Assembly (NCBI GenBank): GCA_963743835.1
Contig: CAVUQX010000005.1
Location: 78,246 to 142,245, forward strand
DNA: 64,000 nucleotides
From: Candidatus Dormiibacterota bacterium
Lineage (GTDB): Bacteria > Chloroflexota > Dormibacteria > Aeolococcales > Aeolococcaceae
Reading direction: 5' to 3'
The position numbers and the translations under genes were made by a program. Under the pieces are notes generated by a model. It was not told the origin of the DNA. It did not search any database and worked only from the letters and a program-made list of their open reading frames with translations. Positions 52,630-60,883 of this stretch are shown in pieces (position 1 is the stretch's first letter; the number at the start of each line of letters is the position of its first letter).

Positions 52630-52968
52630 TCAGCCTTTCCGGGGACGGCCAACCGGCCGGCGTCCGGTCGTGGTGCGGGTCGCGGGGGTGGACCCGGTGG
52701 CAGTGCGAGTCCGCGGCCGGCCGACGGGACGCTTGGCGGCTGCCGTACCTGCTGCTGCCTTCGGCGGCCTGCCGATGGGGCGCTTCGCCGGGGTGGTGGT
52801 CGCGACCGACGCCACCGGGGCCGGTGCCATGGCGGCGAGGATGGTGCGTTCCGTTTCCTCGAGCCGTTCGGCCAGCGCCAGGACACGACGACGAGCGGCG
52901 CGGGTCGCGGTCAGCGCATCTGCCAGCGAGACCGGCGCACCGCCAGCCCGCTTCTTTTTTCCAGCCAT
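52630..52968 (-). CDS. small basic protein with three AT-hook-like motifs
   Basis: KRPIGRPPK, KRPVGRPRT, RRPVGRPRK after an amphipathic helix. Confidence 0.7.
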   Translation of the reverse strand: MAGKKKRAGGAPVSLADALTATRAARRRVLALAERLEETERTILAAMAPAPVASVATTTPAKRPIGRPPKAAAGTAAAKRPVGRPRTRTATGSTPATRTTTGRRPVGRPRKG

Positions 52969-52999
52969 GATCGGAGGGACCCTACCATAGACTGCGACG

Positions 53000-54527
53000 G
53001 TGCATCCGACGCATGCGGCGCGCCCACTCACTGCCCTGCTCAGCGCGGCCGGAATCGACAGCGCACTTCCACCATCCGCGGCCGGGCTCGAGGTCGGCGC
53101 GATCGAGTCGGACTTCGCGGGCGGTCACCGCCGGGAGCCTTTTTGTGGCCATATCCGGTCTGCGCGCCGACGGCCATCAATTCATCGCCGACGCGATCCA
53201 GCGTGGGGCGGTGGCGGTGGTGGCCGAGCGGGCCCCCTCGGCTCCTGACAGCACCGGAGTCCCGGTGATCACGGTCGGCAACTCGAGGCTGGCGCTGTCC
53301 GATCTGGCCGCTGCCTTCTACGACCACCCGAGCCGAAGCCTCTGCGTCGTGGGGATCACGGGGACCGACGGCAAGACGACGACCGCGACGCTGCTCTGGC
53401 ACGCTTGGCGCGCTGCCGGCCTTGCTGCAGCGTCGATCACGACCGTCGACCGGCGCACCGGCGACGACCTTGCTGCCAACCCCTCGCGGCAGACGACCCC
53501 GGAGGCGCCGGAGCTGCAGGCCGAGCTCGCACGGATCCGCGATGCGGGTTGCACGCATGTCGCGCTCGAGACCTCGTCCCATGCGCTCGAGATGTTTCGC
53601 GCCGATGGCGTCGACTTCCGCGCCGCCGTCTTTACGCGGATCACCACCGAGCACCTCGAGCTCCACGGCAGCCGCGACCGCTACCTGAAGGCCAAGGCCC
53701 GGCTCCTCGAGCGCGTTTCGATGAGATCCGACGGCATCGCCGTGCTCGATGCCGGTGATCCGTTCGGCTTTCCTCGACTCGCCGCCATCCCGGTCGCCAC
53801 CCGGCTCACGTACACCGACCGGCCCGACGTCGCCGCTGATCTGCGGGCTGAGGAGATCGTCGCCGAGTCCTCGGCCGTTCGCTTCACCGCGCGGACACCG
53901 TGGGGCACCCTCCCGATCCGGCTCGGCATCGCCGGGAGCTTCAACGTCCGCAACGCGTTGGCGGCGCTGGCGGCAGCCTGCGCGACCGGGGCAGACCTCG
54001 GGAACGTGGTGCGAGGCCTCGAGGCGGCTGCGGCGGTCACCGGACGCATGGACCTCGTGGAGCTTGGTCAACCGTTCGTGGTGGTGGTGGACTATGCCCA
54101 CACTGCCGACGCGCTCGAGACCGTGCTCCGGGAGCTGCGCCGGACGACATCGGGCCGGCTCTGGGTGGTCTTTGGGTCGGCCGGCGAACGCGACGTGGAG
54201 AAGCGACCGGCGATGGGATCGGTTGCGGCGCGCCTTGCCGACATCAGCGTCATCACCGACGAGGACCCGCGCGGGGAGGACCGCACCCTCATCCTCGAGC
54301 AGATCGCGCAGGGAGCGGTGGACGCGGGTGGCGATCGCGGCCGAAACGTTCTGGTCGTCCCGGACCGTGAGGAGGCAATCGGCTATGCGATCGCCAATGC
54401 CGCCCCGGGCGACACGGTGCTCGCCGCCGGCAAGGGCCACGAGAAGACGCTCGAGACCGCGTCCGGCGAGGTCCCATGGAATGAGCGGGCGATGGTGATC
54501 GCTGCGATCCGGCGGCGGATCAGCTGA
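53000..54527 (+). CDS. murE: UDP-MurNAc-tripeptide synthetase (indel at ~53113)
   Basis: Restored DSR, GITGTDGKTT, TTPEA, ETSSH, DYAHT, AGKGHE. Confidence 0.95.
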
Positions 54528-55167
54528 TCGGGTGTCGGTTCGGGGTTCCCGGCCGCCGGGGGTACTGCTCGGGCGTGGGCGTCACCTTGCGGACCCGGAG
54601 CACACCCTGAGCCGGGGCCTCAGGAGCGCTCCCGCCGCACGCTGACGCGGCCGCGACGCACGCCGCCAGCGCCCCAGGCGCGCCCGCGACCAGCGCGCAG
54701 AGCTGTCTGCCCACCCGGACCAGCGGCAGCGCCAGCTCGCAGAGCACCGGCGGCGGGGCGGTCGCGCGAGATGTCGCCAGGTCGAACCCCTCGCGTAAGC
54801 CGGCACGGTGTCCAGCGTCCTCGGCGCGGATCGCCTCGACCACGACACCGGTGAGGCCGAGCAGGCCGGCTGCATGAATGAGGAACCCGGTCTTGCGCCG
54901 GTCGGAATCGATCAGGGTCACCGACACGTCAGGCCTGAGGATCGCGACCACCAGTCCCGGCACGCCGCCTCCCGACCCGATGTCGACGACCCTGCTTCCA
55001 GCGGGTGGATCGGCGACCTCGAGCAACTCCTGCACCTCGACAACATTGCGCGCCCACATCTGGTCTCGCGGGATCGAGGTGAGGTTGAGCCGCTCAGTCC
55101 ACCGGTCGAGCTCGTCGAGGTAAGCGTTGAGTGTCGCGGTCACGTCGCTGGTCGGCAGCGGTCCCAT
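54520..55167 (-). CDS. rsmG: 16S rRNA m7G527 methyltransferase
   Basis: NLTSI, DIGSGGGVPG, RAE, SRA, TPEQYPRRPG. Confidence 0.9.
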   Translation of the reverse strand: MGPLPTSDVTATLNAYLDELDRWTERLNLTSIPRDQMWARNVVEVQELLEVADPPAGSRVVDIGSGGGVPGLVVAILRPDVSVTLIDSDRRKTGFLIHAAGLLGLTGVVVEAIRAEDAGHRAGLREGFDLATSRATAPPPVLCELALPLVRVGRQLCALVAGAPGALAACVAAASACGGSAPEAPAQGVLRVRKVTPTPEQYPRRPGTPNRHPIS

Positions 55168-55267
55168 GGTGGCGAGCGTAGCGTCCGTCCCGGAGCATGG
55201 CGGGTCGGTGACGGAGGCTCCGTTGGCTCCCCGACTGGCCGCCTCCATGCGATCATGCAGTGGAGCG

Positions 55268-55462
55268 ATGGAGACGAACCCGGAAACCTCCGACCGGTGC
55301 CCGAGCTGCAAGGGCGAGATGCTTTCGGTGTTGTACTACGGCGCCGACGGTGAGTTGGTCGGCGGCCACCGCATCTGCCCCGGCTGCGGACCTCGCTCCG
55401 CGGTGGAATTGGCCGCACCGGACGAGATCCGCCGCCGTCTGCTGGAGCGCAAGGCCTCGTAG
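55268..55462 (+). CDS. small Zn-ribbon hypothetical protein
   Basis: CPSC...CPGC, GGAG RBS, 64 aa. Confidence 0.6.
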   Translation: METNPETSDRCPSCKGEMLSVLYYGADGELVGGHRICPGCGPRSAVELAAPDEIRRRLLERKAS

Positions 55463-55482
55463 CTCTCCTGGCGATCGCGCAA

Positions 55483-55570
55483 GAGGCCCCACGCTGCTTG
55501 GCTAGGCCCCACGCTGTTTCGACGGACAGGGAGGCGCGCTGCTGCTTCGCCGCGTGAGGCCCCACTCTGC
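55483..55570. repeat. three AGGCCCCAC(G/T)CTG copies, fragments of the repeat family B end
   Basis: Copies at 55484, 55504 and 55557; 55510-55530 matches the reverse complement of 60182-60202. Confidence 0.7.
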
Positions 55571-55574
55571 GGCA

Positions 55575-55710
55575 ACGGACAGGAAATCATCCGGGCTGCT
55601 GCTCAGCTTGGCCGCTCCCTCGTTCGCGCAAGCAGATTGTCGCGCTCTCTCGGTCGCTTTCAAATTCGCTGCAGCCCGGACGATTTCCTGCCCGTAGGGC
55701 GCGTTGTGCC
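55575..55710 (-). repeat. hairpin repeat family B, copy 1 (MITE/REP-like)
   Basis: 25-bp stem 55575-55599/55671-55695; loop nearly identical to 60103-60165. Confidence 0.8.
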
Positions 55711-55830
55711 CTGGCGAGCGGTCGCCAATCGGCTTCCCGTCCGACTTAGCACCCTGGGGCCTCAAACCAGCGCCGGATAGCCTCCCTTCCGTCGCCTTGA
55801 TGGCTCCTCGCATGTTTCGCCCGCGGTCGT

Positions 55831-55857
55831 GTCACGCGGGTGTCACGGCTGGTCACG
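55831..55857 (+). promoter_or_regulatory. GTCACG direct repeats (OmpR/MtrA-type box candidate)
   Basis: GTCACG at 55831, 55842 and 55852, upstream of the cell-wall hydrolase. Confidence 0.45.
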
Positions 55858-55908
55858 GCGCGATGACATGGGCGGGCGGCCGCCGCAGCCGATGGGAGAC
55901 TGGCCGCG

Positions 55909-57114
55909 ATGCGTCTCTCCAGGTTTTCGTGTGCCCGTCACCGTCTCGCGCTCGCGCTGCCGTTCGCGCTGGCGCTGACACTGATCGCCGCGCCGGCCGC
56001 CGCGGGACCGTCACCGACTCCGACGCCAAGCCTCACCCAGGCGCAACAGGCGGCTGCGGCCGCCAAGATCGACGCGCAGAACGCCAAGGACGCCGCCAAC
56101 AACGCTGACAACGCGCTTGCTCTGGCGCGCAGCGCGCTTGCGGCTGCGAACGCGCATCTGGCGCAGATCAATACTGAGATCAGTGCGCTCGACGTGACCA
56201 TCGCGGCCGACACGGCGACTCTGCACACGGTCGATGCGGAGCTCAAGGCGGATCGCGGCCACCTCTCCGCGTACCTCCGCCAGTCTTACGAGAACGGCGG
56301 GTCGCAGGCGATGCTCGCGTATATCATCTCGGCGAACACGATCGCCGCGGCGATCCAGCGCGACGTGCAGGTGAACGAGATCTCATCGGCGAGCCAGCAG
56401 CTGGTGGCTCGCATCGGTGTCGAAGAGCAACAGGCCACCCGCACGCTTGCTCACCACACCGCTGCCCTCGCGCAGCTTGCCGCCGAGGAAGAGCAGTCGC
56501 GGACCGAGCAGGCAATCATCAAGGTTCAGACGCAGACCCTGCTGCAGGCCGACATCACGGCGCACGCTCACGTGTCCCAGGCGCAGAAGGCGCTGGCCAC
56601 AGCGGTCGCGGCTCTGGCTGCCGCCCGCGCACGAGACGCGATCTACAAGCCCGTTCCCGGTCCGCTCTTCACGGTCGACACCAACCTGACCACCCCGAGC
56701 GGGGAGACCGCCGCAAGCCTGAATCAATTCCTGAACGGTTCAGCACTAGCCGGGCTCGGGGCCAGCTTCATCAAAGCCGAGACGGCGTACCACGTCAGCG
56801 CGCGCTACTTCGTGGCCCACGCGATCCTCGAGTCCGCCTGGGGCACCAGCTGGATCGCGCAGAACAAGTACAACCTCTTTGGCTTCGGCGCCGATGATGC
56901 GAACCCCAACGGTGATGCGATGACCTTCACGAGCTTCGACGCGTGCATTCAGTACGTCGCGCAGTTCATCGAGGTCAACTACCTCGCACTCGGCGGCCAG
57001 TTTTATCACGGCCCAACGCTGCGCGGTATGAACGTCGACTACGCGAGCGATCCCAACTGGGCCGAGAAGATCGCCAGCATCGCTGACACGATTCCTCCTC
57101 TCGCTGTCCCCTGA
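55909..57114 (+). CDS. secreted coiled-coil + glucosaminidase (GH73-like) peptidoglycan hydrolase
   Basis: Signal peptide, PcsB/CwlO-like coiled coil, HAILESAWG, NLFG, YASDPNWAEKI. Confidence 0.85.
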   Translation: MRLSRFSCARHRLALALPFALALTLIAAPAAAGPSPTPTPSLTQAQQAAAAAKIDAQNAKDAANNADNALALARSALAAANAHLAQINTEISALDVTIAADTATLHTVDAELKADRGHLSAYLRQSYENGGSQAMLAYIISANTIAAAIQRDVQVNEISSASQQLVARIGVEEQQATRTLAHHTAALAQLAAEEEQSRTEQAIIKVQTQTLLQADITAHAHVSQAQKALATAVAALAAARARDAIYKPVPGPLFTVDTNLTTPSGETAASLNQFLNGSALAGLGASFIKAETAYHVSARYFVAHAILESAWGTSWIAQNKYNLFGFGADDANPNGDAMTFTSFDACIQYVAQFIEVNYLALGGQFYHGPTLRGMNVDYASDPNWAEKIASIADTIPPLAVP

Positions 57115-57218
57115 TCGCGGGATCACCACCTGATCACGGCGGTATCCCTCTGCACCCCCTTGCGACAAACAGGTTACTGGCGGCGGTTCCAGCATCGAGA
57201 ACGTATCCTCGCCGAAGG

Positions 57219-57605
57219 ATGTGGCGATTGGTATTTGTGATCTGCCTGCTGGCGTCGGCGTGTAGTCCAGCCACGCTGACCATGAGCGGAACATCTCCAA
57301 CCACACCGGTTGCGCAATCCGGCTCATACCGGTACTCGGTCTCGACGTCCGATCTTCCCCCTCCACCAGATGAGTGCCCCAACATCTCGTACAGCTGCGT
57401 GAGGGCGGCCACGGATTGCACGTACGGGCTGGCCCTCCGGCTTTCCAGTGACAGTGGCGCAATCGACTACGTCACCGCCGAAAGCGGTCGTACGTTCCTG
57501 AGCACCGGGAGCTGGACGGGAGAGGACGTCATCGTGGTCTCGGCCACCAAGGTCACGCCCAGATTTGGCTGTGCCTGGTCGCTCACGCTCACCCCAACCG
57601 GGTAG
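57219..57605 (+). CDS. hypothetical lipoprotein
   Basis: Lipobox LASAC; 4 further Cys. Confidence 0.55.
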   Translation: MWRLVFVICLLASACSPATLTMSGTSPTTPVAQSGSYRYSVSTSDLPPPPDECPNISYSCVRAATDCTYGLALRLSSDSGAIDYVTAESGRTFLSTGSWTGEDVIVVSATKVTPRFGCAWSLTLTPTG

Positions 57606-57717
57606 TCACAAGGAGATCCCACCGGCTTGTGGGTCCCGCGGTTCTCGTCATATTTGGCCGGAACGTGATCGCCGCCGGCATTCCCCCGCTCGCCGTTCCC
57701 TGATCGGCGGCGTTTTA

Positions 57718-58215
57718 CTACTGCGCTGGGGTTGGTGATGAAGGCGCCGGCACCGAGAGTGTGGCGGCCTGAGCGTGCGCTCTCAAGAGTCCCGCAATTG
57801 TCATCAAGAGCGCGCCTGCGACGGCGGCCAACGCGCCGCGGAGAAACACGTAGTAGCCGAGGTAGAGGAGATAGGGCTCTCCATACACCACCCCGTCCTG
57901 CATCCATGTTCCAGGGAGCTTAATCGCGAGCCCGAGCGTCACCAGCGATGCTGCGAGAGCGATGACGCCGGTAGCCTGGCGGCGAACTCCCACGAGGTGA
58001 CATGCGGCGACGAGGCCGAGTGCGACGACGGTACCGAGAACAAGCCAGACGTCGGAACCACTGACGATGCTCAACGTGACCTGGGTCGGAGCGTCCAGGC
58101 CGTCGCCCCAATTTCCTCCTGTGTACGGGAGGAATGCGGCCGCAAACATGACGACCGCAGCCGCGACGCAAACTACGGCGCCGAAAGCGCTAACCCATCG
58201 CGACGCGGTTCGCAT
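57718..58215 (-). CDS. hypothetical 4-TM membrane protein
   Basis: Hydrophobic helices, FLPY motif. Confidence 0.6.
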   Translation of the reverse strand: MRTASRWVSAFGAVVCVAAAVVMFAAAFLPYTGGNWGDGLDAPTQVTLSIVSGSDVWLVLGTVVALGLVAACHLVGVRRQATGVIALAASLVTLGLAIKLPGTWMQDGVVYGEPYLLYLGYYVFLRGALAAVAGALLMTIAGLLRAHAQAATLSVPAPSSPTPAQ

Positions 58216-58306
58216 GCCGGTATCGTCGCCGTCCGTCCCCTGTCTCGATCGACGGTCACACACCTGTCGCAGCGTTTTCTGCGCGCGCGTGGGCTAGTCT
58301 GCCCGC

Positions 58307-60061
58307 ATGCAGCACCCGATCGGCGAGCACGCGCTTCTCGCCGATTCCAGGACTGCGGCGCTCATCGACCCCGACGGCAACGTGGCATGGCTCTGCTGGC
58401 CGTGGATCGATTCCACCCCGCTGTTCTTCTCGATACTCGACGAAGCTCGCGGCGGCATGTTCTCGGTGCGCCCGGCACGGCCGGATGCGCGTGTGGTGTC
58501 GCGCCGCTACCACTCCCGATCGCTGGTGCTCGAAACCGTATGGCAGGTTGGCAGCGCCCGGCTCATCGTTGACGATGCACTCGACCTGGCGAATGGGCCG
58601 CTCCTGATTCGCGCCGTCCGCGCGGAAGGCGGCGCTGTGGCCGTGATGGTCCGCCTCGGCGCGTCGTCGTGGCCGGGGACCGCCGTGGAGGTTCGCGTGC
58701 ACGATGACTTCCTCGAGCTGGAAGGCGCAGCCCGCGTGGCGGTGCATGCGCCATCGGGGTGGACGGCGGCGGCGAACGGCGCGACCTGCGAATTCACCAT
58801 CGATCCCGGGGCTCCGGCAACCGTCACGCTCGGCAGCGCAGGCGCGCCGCGACATGCGGCCGCAGCTGTCACCTCGACTCTGACCGAGTGGCGAGGAATG
58901 ATCCCGGTACTCACCGCGCCCGAGCAGATGCCGGACGTCGGCGATCTCCTTGCCACCACGGCCGCGGTCCTGGTGGGGCTTCGCCGTCGCGATGGAGGCA
59001 TCGTCGCGGCTCCGACCACGTCGCTCCCACAGTGGCCTCGGTCGGCGCGGACGTGGGACTACCGGTACTGCTGGCTCCGCGACTCGTCACTGGCCGCGCT
59101 CGCGATGCTGCGGCTCGGGCTCGTTGAGACCGCGCGCTCGCTCGCCGCGTTCATCGGCAATGTGGTGACCGAGAACGGACCACTGCCGCTGGTCCGCGTC
59201 GACGGAAGCCCACCACCGGCTGAGACCGAAATGCTCGAGCTGGCCGGGTACCGGGGTGCTCGCCCAGTCCGTATCGGCAATGCCGCGGCAGGGCAGGCGC
59301 AGCTCGACGTCCCGGGCGAGGTCATCGAGCTCGCAGCGTCGCTCGCCCACGTGTCCGCGTTGCCGGAGGAGCTCGGTGCCGCGGTGCCGATCCTCGCCGG
59401 CTCGCTGGTGCAGCACTGGCGTGAACCCGACCACGGGATCTGGGAGATACGCGGCGCCCCGGCGCGCTACACGCATTCCCTGGTGACGGCGGCGAGCGGG
59501 CTCGACGGTGCGGCGGCGCTCGCCGACCAGAAGGTGGTTTCGGGTGATGCCGCCGTGTGGCGAGGAACCGCCGCCGCGATTGCCCGCGATATCGGTACGA
59601 CCGGTGGGCCGCTCGAGCTCCGGCTCGACGGTTGGGGTGCCGACGCCGCGCTCGCCCAGGCAGCGCTGCTCGGCGGCCTCGACTTTGCGGCCGCGCGGAT
59701 CGGTCCCACCCTCGACCTGATCGTGGCACGCCTGGACAGAGGAGGCCTCATCGATCGCCACGAGAGCCAGGCGGACGCGCTCGCCGACCCATGCGCGCCC
59801 TTTGTGTTTCCGACCTTCTGGCTTGCCGGTGCGCTCGCCGCCACGGGCCGCGACGGCTCACCGTGGCTCGCTGCCGCGCTCGCTACCCGGGGGCCTCTCG
59901 GGCTCTTCGGTGAGGTCGCTGATCCCGTGGAGCGCTCTGCGCTCGGCAACTATCCGCAGGTGCAGAGCCATGCGGCCTTCGTGCTCGCAGTGGTTCCGGC
60001 GGACCGCCAAGCCACAACGCACGATCCGGACGGGAGATCGTCTGGGCGGCGGGTTATGTAA
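58307..60061 (+). CDS. glycoside hydrolase family 15 (trehalase/glucoamylase-like)
   Basis: AAPTTSLP, WDYRYCWLRD, PVRIGN, PDHGIWE.R, GLFGE, GNYPQ..SH. Confidence 0.9.
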   Translation: MQHPIGEHALLADSRTAALIDPDGNVAWLCWPWIDSTPLFFSILDEARGGMFSVRPARPDARVVSRRYHSRSLVLETVWQVGSARLIVDDALDLANGPLLIRAVRAEGGAVAVMVRLGASSWPGTAVEVRVHDDFLELEGAARVAVHAPSGWTAAANGATCEFTIDPGAPATVTLGSAGAPRHAAAAVTSTLTEWRGMIPVLTAPEQMPDVGDLLATTAAVLVGLRRRDGGIVAAPTTSLPQWPRSARTWDYRYCWLRDSSLAALAMLRLGLVETARSLAAFIGNVVTENGPLPLVRVDGSPPPAETEMLELAGYRGARPVRIGNAAAGQAQLDVPGEVIELAASLAHVSALPEELGAAVPILAGSLVQHWREPDHGIWEIRGAPARYTHSLVTAASGLDGAAALADQKVVSGDAAVWRGTAAAIARDIGTTGGPLELRLDGWGADAALAQAALLGGLDFAAARIGPTLDLIVARLDRGGLIDRHESQADALADPCAPFVFPTFWLAGALAATGRDGSPWLAAALATRGPLGLFGEVADPVERSALGNYPQVQSHAAFVLAVVPADRQATTHDPDGRSSGRRVM

Positions 60062-60202
60062 AGGCACAACGCACCCTCCGGACAGGAGATCGTCCGGTTC
60101 GCAGCGAATTTGATAGCGACCGAGAGAGCGCGACAATCTGCTTGCGCGAACGAGGGAGCGGCCAAGCGGACCGGACGATCTCCTGTCCGTCGTAACAGCG
60201 TG
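60011..60202 (+). repeat. hairpin repeat family B, copy 2 with tandem partial 5' duplicate
   Basis: 24-bp stem 60079-60102/60166-60189; partial copy at 60011-60045. Confidence 0.8.
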
Positions 60203-60221
60203 TGTCATGGCCCGGAGCCGA

Positions 60222-60878
60222 TTAGGCGTCACACGAGGAGGCGACCGGCGGGATTCCGGGATCGTGCACCCCGACGGCCACCCCTCCCGGCACCACGGCG
60301 ACGCACTCGATATCGGCGCGGAGCACGCGGAGCCTCGGATCGATCTCGAAAAGCCGATCAAGGGAGAGTGCCCCATCGATCTCCGACGCCAGGCCGCTGC
60401 TGGCGAAGCCCGGGAGGCCGAGCATTCCGAGATCCACCTCGGGAACCTGCGCCGCGATCAGCGGCCCGGTCCGCCCCGACTGGAGCGACAGGCTGATGTG
60501 CGCGACGGCGGTCGGCGTGAACGGACCGGCCGATATGGTCGCCGAGACCACCACGAGCCCCCCGCGGCTGCGCACCCGGAGGTTGCGGAACTCATTGGGG
60601 TGCGGGTTGTTGGCGACCGCGAGCACGGTGAGATCCTGCTCGCTCATCACCACCACACCGTGGGGGCCCTGGATGAGCTCAGCCGCCATCTGGGTGCCGA
60701 GTGAGATCGCGATCGCTGTCTCGGTGGATCCGTGGGACGGGCCGGCCGGCGGCGCCCCGAGCTCCGGTGCCGCCAGGGCCCGATCGGCAAGGAAGACCGA
60801 GCCACCGATGGCGATGAGGAGCACGAGCAGTCCGAGGCAGCAGCCGCGCACGATCCCACGCTGGTCAGAGAGGCTCAC
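60222..60878 (-). CDS. hypothetical membrane-anchored protein
   Basis: RGCCLG + N-terminal TM; GTG start with GGAGG nearby. Confidence 0.65.
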   Translation of the reverse strand: MSLSDQRGIVRGCCLGLLVLLIAIGGSVFLADRALAAPELGAPPAGPSHGSTETAIAISLGTQMAAELIQGPHGVVVMSEQDLTVLAVANNPHPNEFRNLRVRSRGGLVVVSATISAGPFTPTAVAHISLSLQSGRTGPLIAAQVPEVDLGMLGLPGFASSGLASEIDGALSLDRLFEIDPRLRVLRADIECVAVVPGGVAVGVHDPGIPPVASSCDA

Positions 60879-60883
60879 GCCTC

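Noticed and set aside
1541-54527. Pseudogenes or programmed frameshifts in metH, tldD, thrC, ychF, murE and others
   Set aside because: Single-base indels in essential genes with intact motifs, no slippery sites and a shared sequence context are best explained as sequencing error.
55483-55570. Mini CRISPR array
   Set aside because: The repeats are only 13 bp, spacing is irregular (20 and 53 bp) and there are no cas genes; they are fragments of repeat family B.
55700-55908. c-di-AMP riboswitch upstream of the cell-wall hydrolase
   Set aside because: The conserved GCTGAA / GGAACC / GTCAGCTAA motifs were not found.
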